Source of the DNA: Candidatus Xenobia bacterium
GTDB lineage: Bacteria; Vulcanimicrobiota; Xenobia; Xenobiales; QWHO01
Assembly: GCA_045863235.1 (NCBI GenBank)
Contig: BTUM01000004.1
Coordinates: 32,001-96,000 of the forward strand
Length of the DNA: 64,000 bases
Reading direction: 5' to 3'
How positions within the stretch are numbered: the first letter of the stretch is position 1; every line of letters begins with the position of its first letter. The notes below the pieces were generated by a model. That model was given only the letters and a program-made list of their open reading frames with translations, was not told where the DNA came from and did no database searches. Below, one piece after another: positions 47,956 to 57,811 of this stretch. A program made the translations under genes and the position numbers.

Positions 47956-49464
47956 CTAGATGTCGTGCAGACCATCCAGGAGCCAGCCCCCCTGCAGCCC
48001 AAGGCTGGAGCCCTGAAGACTGACGTCGAAGTGCAACTTGCTCTCGCTGAGCGTGATGAACCTGCCGATCATCGCCCCGAAGACCTCGGAGTCCTTGGTC
48101 ACGGAAGCCACCAGGCCCTTCCCGGCAGTCACCATGGTCACTTTGCTGGCGTCGGCGATCTCCAGTTTGGAGTAGTTGACCACGGTCGCGGGGAGAGCCG
48201 TGTCCGGGACGCCGTCTCCATCGGTATCGACCAGTTCGCCCGGCTCGTCGACCGTCAACTCGTCACACATGTAGACCTGGAGGTCGCGGGGAAATCCGCC
48301 GTCGTTGACCTTGGCCTGGCCGTAGACCTTCATTTCCTCGCCCACGTAGACCACCACCGGGCCCTGACTGGTATCGATCTTGATCTCACCCGAATCCATG
48401 TCGATCTTGTTGAAGTAGTAGCGGCCCGAGCGGAGCGTCAGACTCCGGTTGGCCCCCGACTCGAAGGTAAGATTGTTGTAGTTTCCAGGCGGGAGGCTGG
48501 CCGGGATGGTGTAGGTCTCATCGGGGCCACGCCTCCGTCTTCTGGTGACCACTTCGTCCTGCGGCCAGTTGCTCTGATTGACGTCGCCGTCCACTCCGGG
48601 AGGGTCGAAGGGGCACTTGAACTGCTCGACCGAACGGGGGGTTGCAAGATTCTTCCGGGCGCCCAGAAGGGCGTCATTCGGGTCGAGGAGATAATTGGCC
48701 ACCGGGGTTGTCGTGTCGGGCTTCACCATAACATCGCCCTGCACTTTGCTTACAACGGTCGAATCGGTCTCCTTCTTGAGGTTCATGACCTTGTTGGTGG
48801 TGGCCACGGTGACGAACTTGGTGGGGTCCGTGATGGCCCACATCGGGTCGTAGGTGTTCATGTTGCGGTCCCAGGAATCGATCTCGGAGCTGTTGATGTC
48901 CACCCCTGAGTGGCCCTCAGCTCCGTAGTCGAAGCTGCTGGTCTGCTGGAGAGCAACGCCGGCTGAACCTCCGAAAGCCCGCAAGGCGACCGGGACGGCC
49001 GAATCATAGCCCTGCGCCATCAGGTAGACCTGGCCACCCGGAACAGGGATGCCTCCCGAGGTTCTGAACTTCACGTTGTCCGTGGGGTCATCGTAGGTGT
49101 GAGCGCCGACGACCGTGCCGCTCGTGCCGACCCGGTTGATGACCTTGATCTGATACCTCAACTGACGATCGATGGGGTGCTCGAAAGTGGCGCAGTAGAT
49201 ACCGTTGGAAAAGCTCTCGTTCAAGGCATCAGGGTCGTAAGTGCCTGACTGCCCGTAGTTGGAGTCGAGGCGCAATCGGGCCAGGACTCGTTGCGTGCCC
49301 GAGTAGGCGGAAAAGCGGCCCCGGGCCGAGCAAAGCTCGCGGTGATCATCATGCATGCTTTTACTCACGCTCTTACCGACCGTGGCCATCATCAGCATGA
49401 TCAGGGTGGAGATCCAGAGGATGGTGAACAGCAATGTGCCGCGGTTTCTGGCCAGTCTCTCCAT
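47956..49464 (-). CDS. PilX-like minor pilin with beta-rich C-terminal domain
   Basis: GAGGAGG RBS; RNRG|TLLFTILWI (no Glu+5); PGNY...SGRYYF...GPVVVYV...FGAMIG...LHFD C-terminus. Confidence 0.75.
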   Translation of the reverse strand: MERLARNRGTLLFTILWISTLIMLMMATVGKSVSKSMHDDHRELCSARGRFSAYSGTQRVLARLRLDSNYGQSGTYDPDALNESFSNGIYCATFEHPIDRQLRYQIKVINRVGTSGTVVGAHTYDDPTDNVKFRTSGGIPVPGGQVYLMAQGYDSAVPVALRAFGGSAGVALQQTSSFDYGAEGHSGVDINSSEIDSWDRNMNTYDPMWAITDPTKFVTVATTNKVMNLKKETDSTVVSKVQGDVMVKPDTTTPVANYLLDPNDALLGARKNLATPRSVEQFKCPFDPPGVDGDVNQSNWPQDEVVTRRRRRGPDETYTIPASLPPGNYNNLTFESGANRSLTLRSGRYYFNKIDMDSGEIKIDTSQGPVVVYVGEEMKVYGQAKVNDGGFPRDLQVYMCDELTVDEPGELVDTDGDGVPDTALPATVVNYSKLEIADASKVTMVTAGKGLVASVTKDSEVFGAMIGRFITLSESKLHFDVSLQGSSLGLQGGWLLDGLHDI

Positions 49465-49480
49465 TGTGACCTCCTCGAAC

Positions 49481-50074
49481 CTAGTTCCGGGGCGAGACAT
49501 TGGAATCGATTTTGATGAGATACCGGCCGGAAGGGTCCGCGCCGGTCATCTCGAGAAAAATCGGCTGGGTGTTGGTGACTTTGAACTCCCTGATATGTCG
49601 GGCCACCACTTTGGTCTTGAGGTTGGCGGCGGCCTGCCAGGTCGCCACCTTGTCCCAGGGCGAGTCGACGACGGGCGCCTCGGTGAACTGGCCGATGCCG
49701 TCTCGGTACTTGGTAACCAGGCAGGGCACGCCGTTGACGGTATCGGTGTAATAACAGACCATCCGCTGCCAGTAAGCCTTGCCGTTGGGGGCCAGTTCCA
49801 CCGTGCCGTCCGCTTTGCGGACCGTCCAGAACATGACCCCCGCTGGTGGACCCTCATCGACCTGGGTGGAGAAGTAACTGCCCTCGCTCATCTCGGCCGA
49901 AACCCGGGTGAGGCTGACGAGCATGTTCTGCTGGATCTCCATGGCGATCGTCGCGCTGTTGTAGTACCGGGCCGCAGCAGCCAGGATCTGCTGCACGCAG
50001 AGCAACATGAGAGCGGTCAGGAACATCGTGATCGTCAGTTCCATCAGAGTCGTGCCGCGTTGCCTGCAGCTCAC
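49481..50074 (-). CDS. PilW-like minor pilin
   Basis: RQRG|TTLMELTIT prepilin motif. Confidence 0.8.
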   Translation of the reverse strand: MSCRQRGTTLMELTITMFLTALMLLCVQQILAAAARYYNSATIAMEIQQNMLVSLTRVSAEMSEGSYFSTQVDEGPPAGVMFWTVRKADGTVELAPNGKAYWQRMVCYYTDTVNGVPCLVTKYRDGIGQFTEAPVVDSPWDKVATWQAAANLKTKVVARHIREFKVTNTQPIFLEMTGADPSGRYLIKIDSNVSPRN

Positions 50075-50487
50075 TCTGGTTTCCCGGCAATCTGGGTCTC
50101 GAGTCGGACCTCGCGGTTGTTGCCATTCGGGTCCTTCCAGGTCACGCGCACCTGCACGGTCCTGATAAGGTCCGGCGGATTGACCTCTGGAGGCGGTTCC
50201 ACGTAGCAGTAGTAGGTGAAAGCCACGACACTGGGGTTACCATTGACAGTGGTGGTGATGTTGGTGGTGAGCCCGGCGGTCTCTTCCTCTTGAGCCGAGA
50301 AGCCTTTATAAACGGCTTCCTCGAGCCTTTGCCGGGCCAGAAACAGCCCCAGCACGGCATAGCGCGACTTGCCGACGGCCCGGGCGTGGGTTGACCAGAC
50401 CGCGCCCGAGTAGGCCACCACGAGCGTGAGCAAGAAGGCAGCCAGGATTGCCTCCAGCATGTTCACGCCCGCCCGCCCGCGCTTCAT
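50071..50487 (-). CDS. PilV-like minor pilin
   Basis: GRAG|VNMLEAILA prepilin motif; VQVRVTW. Confidence 0.8.
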   Translation of the reverse strand: MKRGRAGVNMLEAILAAFLLTLVVAYSGAVWSTHARAVGKSRYAVLGLFLARQRLEEAVYKGFSAQEEETAGLTTNITTTVNGNPSVVAFTYYCYVEPPPEVNPPDLIRTVQVRVTWKDPNGNNREVRLETQIAGKPE

Positions 50488-50582
50488 TTGTTAAAATTTT
50501 AGCACAGCGAGAGCTCGCTTTCCATTTGCCTGAAGTCCGATGACTGATTTGTGCACTTCCGCAGCTGGAAAACCAGCTCGAC

Positions 50583-50876
50583 CTACTCCTTGCCCCCATC
50601 AATGGCCTTGAACCCCCGCCGTTTAGGCGGCGGCGCAGGCGGGCGGGGGGTAACGTAGGTCAGCACGACCTCCTCCTTGCCCTGGGGGTTGCGCTTGAGT
50701 TCGACCTCGATCCCTTCGATGCCGTGCTCGCCTGCGTAGCGCAGGATCTCGTCGGTGTCAAAGGCGATCCAGGGTTGCCCCCCGGTCAGCTGGTGGATGA
50801 CGCAAGCCAGGTAGTTGATGATATTGGCGGTGTGCACCTTGGAGTGCACATCTTTGTCCATTCCCGAGAGGTCCAT
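50583..50876 (-). CDS. Small hypothetical protein
   Basis: MDLSGMD...RRGFKAIDGGKE; begins 4 nt after the upstream stop. Confidence 0.65.
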   Translation of the reverse strand: MDLSGMDKDVHSKVHTANIINYLACVIHQLTGGQPWIAFDTDEILRYAGEHGIEGIEVELKRNPQGKEEVVLTYVTPRPPAPPPKRRGFKAIDGGKE

Positions 50877-50880
50877 CGGC

Positions 50881-51855
50881 TTACAGCAGGGGCAGGAAGT
50901 GGAGACCCACCGCCACCAGCGCTCCGATTCCCAGCCCGGCTCCGGCCGCCATGGCGCCCCCCCAGTTGGGGCCGATCTTGGCGGTGTGCTCCAGGCGCGG
51001 GTAGGTGTAGTCGCCCACCTTGCGCCAACTGATGTTGGGATAGAAGTCGTGGTCGTAGCCGCGCAGGGTGGACCAGGTCTCGCATACCTGGCGGTCATTG
51101 CCCTGCGAGTCCTTCTCGGTATGGCAGCGTTGCTCGTGCCACACGTCGGGGGTGATTCGCTCGGTATAGCCCGTCATGGTGGGGTGGGAGATGTTGTCCT
51201 GGTACCAAACTTCGGCGATGCGATCGTTGTCGGTGGTCTTGTATCCGATGGTGGCACCGGCCGCTGCGCCCAGCAGACCACCGAGCACACCACCGGCCAC
51301 CGTCGCCGCAGTGGAGGCTCCGCCAAACAGAGCCAGCCCGCCCAGAGCCGCTCCCGCGCCCAGGGCCAGGCCCAGTCCGCCACCCACGAAGAAGCTCTTC
51401 TTCTGGTCGTAGGTCTTCTCGGTCAGAGTCTGGGTGAAGGGCTCCTTGCGCGGCTCGTTGTTCTCGTCGTAAACGGGCACGTCGCGGTAAACGCTGACGG
51501 GGCCGTTCTCACAGCTGTCGCTGTAGCAACCGTAGGTGCGCTCGGAGGTGTGGTACCAACCGTAGCCGGGCGTGGGCCAGCCCCAGGCGTGCTCATAGTA
51601 GTCGGAGGGGATGCTGCCCATCTTCTTGCTCTCCAGCACCGGCTTGTCCCAGGTGCGGGTGATGGTCACTTCTTCACGAGGGTCGAAGGGCAGAAGCTCG
51701 CGCTTCACCTCCTTGCCGTCGGAGGGGGGGTCGGAGGACGGCAGGGGACTGTCGGCGGGTATCTCCTGCGCTTCGGGGGTGTCGACCGGGGTCGGACGAG
51801 TCTCAGCAGGCGAGTTGGCTCGCGTTGGCTGAGCGATGGCGGCGGTGACTTGCAT
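50881..51855 (-). CDS. Hypothetical membrane protein with Gly-zipper helices
   Basis: AGGGGAG RBS; Pro/Thr-rich N-terminus; GxxxG TM hairpin and C-terminal TM. Confidence 0.75.
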   Translation of the reverse strand: MQVTAAIAQPTRANSPAETRPTPVDTPEAQEIPADSPLPSSDPPSDGKEVKRELLPFDPREEVTITRTWDKPVLESKKMGSIPSDYYEHAWGWPTPGYGWYHTSERTYGCYSDSCENGPVSVYRDVPVYDENNEPRKEPFTQTLTEKTYDQKKSFFVGGGLGLALGAGAALGGLALFGGASTAATVAGGVLGGLLGAAAGATIGYKTTDNDRIAEVWYQDNISHPTMTGYTERITPDVWHEQRCHTEKDSQGNDRQVCETWSTLRGYDHDFYPNISWRKVGDYTYPRLEHTAKIGPNWGGAMAAGAGLGIGALVAVGLHFLPLL

Positions 51856-51955
51856 GGGCACACTCCCCTGTTTGTTGCCCTCCCAGCATATCCAGACAGG
51901 GCTCGAGGAGGTGGCTGAGATGTTAACTCTCAGGCGAGGTCGAAGGAACCACCCC

Positions 51956-52951
51956 ATGCGCGTTCTGACGATCTTCCTGTTGCTCCTGGGGGTGGCTCTG
52001 GCCACCACGGGGAACCTGATCCCCCTCAAGTGCCCCGTATGCCAGACGGCAACCCAGGGCACCCAGCTGTTTTCCACCAACAACGCGGCCGGGGCCGACC
52101 GCGACCTGCTCGAGCGGGCGGGTGGCGGCCAGCCGATCCTGTTGCAGACGGTGACTTGCCCCAGGTGCCACTACTCGGCCGACACGGACGATTTCGAGAA
52201 GAGCGTCGACCCCGCCCTGGCCACCGCGGTCAAGAGCGGGACCTTCAAGATGCCCGCCTATAAGACGTATCCCGATCGCTTCAGCGAGGGCCTGCGGGCC
52301 AAGGACCAGCCCCCCGCCTGGGTCAGCCACGCCCTGATCGCTGAGCAGATGCGTTTTCGAAACGAGCCGGCCAGCAAGTTCTCCCACCGGGACATGGTGG
52401 TTGTCTGGTGCCTGCGCTTCGAGGCCAATCCCTTCACCGACCACGCCAGCGAGGAAGCCTGGAAGCTGATCCTGGAAAAGGTCCCGCTAAACCCGGGCGA
52501 GAGTCGCAACCGGGCCGATGCGGAGGTGGCCGCCGCCCGCAAGGCGGTGGCTGACCTGTCCGCGTTCCCGGCCGACAAACGCCAGCTGGTCGCAGGAACG
52601 GCCGCCTTCCTGCTGCGCAGCCACGGTGAAAACAGCGACCTGCTCAAGTTCCTGGAGGCCTATCAACCTGAGGGACCCATGGCCGACAACTGGCGGTCGG
52701 TGGTGGATGAGACCCGCCAGGTGGTGGCCCTGGAACGCACCTACCAGGAAAAGGCCCTGGCCAGCCTGCAGGACGCCATCGCCCAACGTGGGCAGGACGA
52801 TCAGGTCGTGTTGAACTATCTGTGTGGCGAACTGCTGCGGCGCATGGGCAAGAACGCTGACGCACGGGCTTACTACGAGAAGGCCAGCACCATGAAGCCG
52901 CCTGAATGGCTGCAGGACTGGATCAAGGAGCAGGTCAAACTGGTCTCGTAG
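51956..52951 (+). CDS. DUF2225-like zinc-ribbon/TPR protein with signal peptide
   Basis: CPVC...CPRCHYS..DF; C-terminal YLCGELLRRMG TPR; hydrophobic N-terminus. Confidence 0.75.
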   Translation: MRVLTIFLLLLGVALATTGNLIPLKCPVCQTATQGTQLFSTNNAAGADRDLLERAGGGQPILLQTVTCPRCHYSADTDDFEKSVDPALATAVKSGTFKMPAYKTYPDRFSEGLRAKDQPPAWVSHALIAEQMRFRNEPASKFSHRDMVVVWCLRFEANPFTDHASEEAWKLILEKVPLNPGESRNRADAEVAAARKAVADLSAFPADKRQLVAGTAAFLLRSHGENSDLLKFLEAYQPEGPMADNWRSVVDETRQVVALERTYQEKALASLQDAIAQRGQDDQVVLNYLCGELLRRMGKNADARAYYEKASTMKPPEWLQDWIKEQVKLVS

Positions 52952-52972
52952 CTCGGCTAAGCCCGAGCATAC

Positions 52973-55900
52973 TCAAGGGGGGCTGACCGGCGGCTGGATC
53001 TGGATGGTGGTGCTATCCGTCTGCCCCTGGTAGGACGCGGTGATCGTGAGGTTATAGCTGACCGGGTTGGCCTGACCCGGCTGGCTCAACTCCAGGGTGC
53101 TGCCGACGAACTGCGCGTTAGCTGCGTTCGGTATCGGCGAGACCGACCAGGTCACCAGGCCGGCCAGGCTCTCGATCGTACCATCGGAATAAAAGCCCGT
53201 GCAGTAGTATTGGTAAGAACCCTGAGCGGGCTGCGTCTGGGTCGCCCCGTAGAGCTGGTTCCGGGGACTGATCTGGAGGCCCGTCAGGGTCCGCTGGGCC
53301 GGGTTGACGGTGTAGGTCTGGGTTCCGGAAACGGCACTGAGGTCCCCTGTGAGCAGTCTGGCGGTCACGACCACCGGGCCTGCGGCCAGCGGAGTCAGGA
53401 TCCCACCGACGTAAGGCGCATTCAGCATCGTCGCGTTGGGAGTCAGGTCGCTTGCGCCGGCGTTCGCGACACTCCAATTGATCAACTCCTTGACCCCATT
53501 GTACGAGGCCCCGGACGACTCGAAGTAAGACCAGACCGTGCCGGACGAAGAGCTGGCAGGCGTGGAGACCGACCTGGTGCGCCCGCTCCCGTAGCCGAGC
53601 GTGAAATCCCCGCCGAGATGGATGGTGTACGTGACCTGGGCCTGAAACTGCAGGGAGCCGGGCGGGGGAGTGTAGGTCTCGGTTGCTCCGGTAGAGCTTG
53701 AGACGATGCTAACGGGCCTGGCCGCCACGGGCTCGATGAAGGCGATCGAAGTGGGAATGCCATACTGCCCGTACTCGGCCGGCACGAAGGGCTGGCCTGC
53801 CACCTCGCTGGGGTCGGGTGGGCCGTCGGGGGCGGCATCGAGATCGGAGATGTCGGCATAAGGCGTCACCAGCATACTGGGCCCAAAGGTCCGACACATG
53901 AGGTAACAGTTGGTGTCCGAGCTCTTGCTCTCTTTACTGGTGTTGTTGCTGCTGTGGTTGAGTCGGAACTCATAGGAGTCATCGTGATAGGTGAACCACT
54001 CAGCGCCCGAGTAGTCGGCCTCGTAGTAGCTCATCCAGAGGTCGCCGTTCGACCCGTTGTCGTTAGGGGCCGCATTCAACGCGTTGGCGACATTGTAGAA
54101 CCCGAGACCTGGCAACCCGGCAGTGGACTGGCCGGTATCGGGGTAGTTGTCGCGGGAGTTGACGGGAACATCGTCGTCAGGGTCGTTGTTGGTGTTGCCG
54201 TCGCGGTCGAGGTCGGTGGTCTGGCTGTAAGTGGGATTGTAGGTGCCCCGTGCCTGCAAGGCCTGGTACTCCCCGTACGTGGGCAGTCGCCAGTCGTCGT
54301 AGACCCGCACCGTGCTGTCACAGAGAATGACCTGCTCCGTGGCCGTGGTGGCTGCGCTGTTGGCGGAGTCGTAGCTGACGGGATGAAAGACCGTGTCAAA
54401 CCACATGATGCCGTACTCGTGGTCGGTGATGATGCCCTCGAGGCCGCTCCGGAAGGGCAGCACCTGCCGCTGGGTCTTCTGGGAGGCGATGTTGGCAACG
54501 AAGTCGGGGGTGGCCGCATTGATGCCGTCGACCGGGTCGGGATACTTGACGAAATTATGGGCGAGCTCGGCCTCGAGGTTGAGAGTGGCGGACTGCAGGG
54601 TGCTGAATTCTTGAAAGACCGGCAGGATGCGGTCGAGAACCCGGTTGTGCCGCCACGGGAAGCGCTGGAAATTGGCCGGCTGATCCAGTCCGAGTTGTTG
54701 ATTGAGGACGATCTCCTGGACACCGGCAAGGATGCCCGCATTGCCCGGAAGTTGCTGCTCGGCGTCGCCCAGGATGGTCGGATAATCGGGCGTCTCCAGG
54801 GTGCTAATCAGGTCGGAGATGTCCACCGCCTGGGGAGTATTCAGGGTCAGGGTACCCTCTTGGATGGCTTTCAGGGTGCTGTTGAGATTGTTGATGAGGC
54901 TGCTGGTAGCGCCAGAAGCCAGGCCCGTACTGATGTTGATCTCGAGGACGGGGTTGAACGCCGATTCGAGATTGGTGATCTTGTTGATCACCTCGCTATC
55001 GGTGATCTCAGAGTCGAGCTGGGTGAGGGCTCCTTCGACGGCGGTGAGCTGTTCGCTGATTTCCTGGAGTTGACTCGAGGTTCCGTAGTTCAGCCCCATC
55101 TGGTTGGTCCCCCAGCCCAGTACACCTTTGAGGCCCGCCGAAAGAAGGTTCCCGCCCAGGCCGGTCGTGACGCCCAGAAGAAATTGACCGCCCAGGCTGG
55201 TGGGGCCTTCGAGCAAGATGAGCGGAGGCCCGTAGAAGACCCGGGCGCCGGCCGCCGAGGCCTGCTTGACCCGGTAGCGGTCGGCCAGTCTCAACCGGGC
55301 ATGCTCGGCCACGGCATTCAAGCCCGGCTCGAGTCCGGTGATCGGGCGGTCAAGCTGGTCCAGGCTCAACCAGAAGTGGATGGGACTGACCCCTCTTTGA
55401 GCCTGGAGATTGTTAAAGAGAGCCAGGAGCTCTTGCTTGTAGGCGTTCCAGCCCCCGTGGGCGCCGGTTTCACGCCAGAAGGCGATGGAAGAGAAGACGG
55501 GATTGGGCTCTCCCAGGCTCAAACCCAGTTGCAGGGCGTCCGGCAGCCTGAGTGCCCGCTTGACCAGACCCTCGGCTTCCGGCAGGCTGAGCTCGGGACG
55601 GGCCTGCATGAGCTCGCTGGCAAGTGTGCTCAGGATCGAGATGTGGACCTGCCGGTTGGTGGGATCGAAAGCACGCAGTTGAGCCGAAAAGGACACGTCC
55701 GATCCGGGGACCTGGGCGACGGCTCTGAAATTCGCCGGCAGGCTGAGGTTCTCAAAGAAGACATACCCGTTCTCGCCGGTGGTTCCTGTGGCGAGAACGC
55801 TGCCGTCCAGGCCTTCAATGCGAAAGCTCGCCCCCGAGACGTGAACACCCAGGTAAAGACGGCCGACTACCCTGGTGGGCGGAGACAGAGGACCACCGTC

Positions 55901-55990
55901 CAGGGCCGGGTCGGTCGGAACGGTCCCGGTGCCCGAGCAGGCTACCAGGAAAAGGCTCAGGGCGAAAAGCAGCACTCCATGCCTGGGCAT
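52973..55990 (-). CDS. Large multidomain lipoprotein (helical region, DUF1566-like motif, Ig-like C-terminus)
   Basis: GAGGAGG RBS; lipobox FLVAC; GIMWF...YDDWRLPT..EY motif; LTGLQISP...TGFYSDGT...VTWSV Big_2-like end. Confidence 0.8.
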   Translation of the reverse strand: MPRHGVLLFALSLFLVACSGTGTVPTDPALDGGPLSPPTRVVGRLYLGVHVSGASFRIEGLDGSVLATGTTGENGYVFFENLSLPANFRAVAQVPGSDVSFSAQLRAFDPTNRQVHISILSTLASELMQARPELSLPEAEGLVKRALRLPDALQLGLSLGEPNPVFSSIAFWRETGAHGGWNAYKQELLALFNNLQAQRGVSPIHFWLSLDQLDRPITGLEPGLNAVAEHARLRLADRYRVKQASAAGARVFYGPPLILLEGPTSLGGQFLLGVTTGLGGNLLSAGLKGVLGWGTNQMGLNYGTSSQLQEISEQLTAVEGALTQLDSEITDSEVINKITNLESAFNPVLEINISTGLASGATSSLINNLNSTLKAIQEGTLTLNTPQAVDISDLISTLETPDYPTILGDAEQQLPGNAGILAGVQEIVLNQQLGLDQPANFQRFPWRHNRVLDRILPVFQEFSTLQSATLNLEAELAHNFVKYPDPVDGINAATPDFVANIASQKTQRQVLPFRSGLEGIITDHEYGIMWFDTVFHPVSYDSANSAATTATEQVILCDSTVRVYDDWRLPTYGEYQALQARGTYNPTYSQTTDLDRDGNTNNDPDDDVPVNSRDNYPDTGQSTAGLPGLGFYNVANALNAAPNDNGSNGDLWMSYYEADYSGAEWFTYHDDSYEFRLNHSSNNTSKESKSSDTNCYLMCRTFGPSMLVTPYADISDLDAAPDGPPDPSEVAGQPFVPAEYGQYGIPTSIAFIEPVAARPVSIVSSSTGATETYTPPPGSLQFQAQVTYTIHLGGDFTLGYGSGRTRSVSTPASSSSGTVWSYFESSGASYNGVKELINWSVANAGASDLTPNATMLNAPYVGGILTPLAAGPVVVTARLLTGDLSAVSGTQTYTVNPAQRTLTGLQISPRNQLYGATQTQPAQGSYQYYCTGFYSDGTIESLAGLVTWSVSPIPNAANAQFVGSTLELSQPGQANPVSYNLTITASYQGQTDSTTIQIQPPVSPP

Positions 55991-56164
55991 GCTTCCTCCT
56001 CGTCGGATGATTCTGGCTTCTGCTTGGAACAGACTGGAGACGGCGGTCCATCGGTTCCTCACAACTCCGGGCGCCTTCTTGGGCCTGCCCAAATGCCCTG
56101 CAGCATCACTCTCGCCCGCTGCCTCCAGTTGTCAGCACGCCATCGGCGTGCTATCCTGCCTCCC

Positions 56165-57808
56165 ATGTTGGAAGCCCAGATCCCCGAGAACCTGGCCGAA
56201 GAGGTGCGCCGGCGGCGCACCTTCGCCATCATCTCCCACCCCGACGCCGGCAAGACCACTTTGACCGAGAAGCTGCTGCTCTACGGCGGGGCGGTCAACC
56301 TGGCCGGCTCGGTCAAGGCGCGCAAGAACCAGGCCCACGCCACCTCGGACTGGATGGAGCTGGAGAAGCAGCGCGGCATTTCCATCACCTCCACGGTGCT
56401 GAGCTTCGACTACCAGGGTTACCGCCTCAACCTGCTGGATACCCCGGGTCACCAGGACTTCAGCGAAGATACCTACCGCACGCTGGTGGCGGTGGACTGC
56501 GCGGTGATGATCCTGGACGCGGCCAAGGGCCTGGAGGCCCAGACCCTGAAGCTTTTCGATGTCTGCAAGCGGCGCGGGATCCCCCTGTTCACTTTCGTGA
56601 ACAAGATGGACCGCCCCAGCCAGCCGCCGCTCGACCTGCTCGACGAGGTGGAGCGCACCCTCGGCCTGCGAACCATCCCCATGAACTGGCCCCTGGGCAA
56701 CGGGCCGTCTTTCCGAGGGGTATTCGACCGGCGCACCAGGGAGGTTCACCTTTTCGAGCGCGTGGCCCACGGCTCCAAGGCCGCCTCGGTGCAGGTGATG
56801 GATCCCAACTCCCCCGAGGTGGAACGACTGATGGACGACCAGAGCGCCTACAAGGCGTTCCGGGAGGAGCTCGAGCTCCTGGAGATGGCGGGCGAGGAGT
56901 TCGACGCCGAGGCTTTCGCCACCGGCCGGTTGACCCCGGTCTACTTCGGCAGCGCGGTCAGCAACTTCGGGGTGCAGCTCTTTCTGGACCAGTTCCTCGA
57001 TCTGGCTCCCCAGCCGGCCGCGAGGCGCACCGACGGCGAGCCGGTGCTTCCCCAGAGCCCGGAGTTCTCAGGCTTCGTGTTCAAGATCCAGGCCGACATG
57101 AACCCCCGCCATCGCGACCGGGTGGCCTTCATGCGCATCTGCTCGGGCCAGTTCGAGCGCGGCATGAAGGTGCAGTGCGTGCGCACTGGGGCTACCATCC
57201 GCCTGAGCTACCCCCAGCAGCTCTTTGCCCAGGAGCGACAGACCGTCGAGGAGGCCTACGCCGGCGACGTGGTGGGTCTGGTCAACTCGGGCGAACTCTA
57301 TCTGGGCGACACTTTGCTGGGCGGGGGGAAGAAATTCCGCTTCGAGCCCATCCCACTCTTTCCGCCCGAGCACTTCGCCCGCGTCACGCTGGTCGACCCC
57401 TCGCGGCGCAAGGCCTTCCAGAGGGCCCTGGACCAGCTCAGTCACGAGGGCGCCGTGCAGATTTTCTACCTCACTGACGGCCACAGCCGAGACGTGGTCA
57501 TGGGCGCGGTGGGCCGACTGCAGTTCGAGGTGGTGCAGTATCGCATCAAGAACGACTACTCGGTGGACTGCCGCTTCGAGGTGCTCCCCTTCCAGCTGTG
57601 CCGCTGGCTGGAGGGGCCTCCCGACTCGCTGGCCAAGTTCTCCCCCACCCGCACCACGCGTCTGGCGGTCGATCCAGACAATCGCCCGGTGGCGCTCTTT
57701 CCGGGTCAGTGGGACCTGGACTACACGGCCGAAAAGAACCCTGACCTCATCTTCCACTCGGTCAATCCCAAGGGGTTGCAGGCGCCCGTCACCGAGGAAG
57801 AGGACTGA
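56165..57808 (+). CDS. prfC: Peptide chain release factor 3
   Basis: RRRTFAIISHPDAGKTTLTEKLLL, SDWMELEKQRGISI, DTPGHQDFSEDTYR, NKMD, HRDRVAF. Confidence 0.97.
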   Translation: MLEAQIPENLAEEVRRRRTFAIISHPDAGKTTLTEKLLLYGGAVNLAGSVKARKNQAHATSDWMELEKQRGISITSTVLSFDYQGYRLNLLDTPGHQDFSEDTYRTLVAVDCAVMILDAAKGLEAQTLKLFDVCKRRGIPLFTFVNKMDRPSQPPLDLLDEVERTLGLRTIPMNWPLGNGPSFRGVFDRRTREVHLFERVAHGSKAASVQVMDPNSPEVERLMDDQSAYKAFREELELLEMAGEEFDAEAFATGRLTPVYFGSAVSNFGVQLFLDQFLDLAPQPAARRTDGEPVLPQSPEFSGFVFKIQADMNPRHRDRVAFMRICSGQFERGMKVQCVRTGATIRLSYPQQLFAQERQTVEEAYAGDVVGLVNSGELYLGDTLLGGGKKFRFEPIPLFPPEHFARVTLVDPSRRKAFQRALDQLSHEGAVQIFYLTDGHSRDVVMGAVGRLQFEVVQYRIKNDYSVDCRFEVLPFQLCRWLEGPPDSLAKFSPTRTTRLAVDPDNRPVALFPGQWDLDYTAEKNPDLIFHSVNPKGLQAPVTEEED

Positions 57809-57811
57809 GCT

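Noticed and set aside
53954..56164. 737-aa N-terminal extension of RF3 in the ORF track
   Set aside because: It is the antisense shadow of the minus-strand lipoprotein; RF3 homology begins at ATG 56165.
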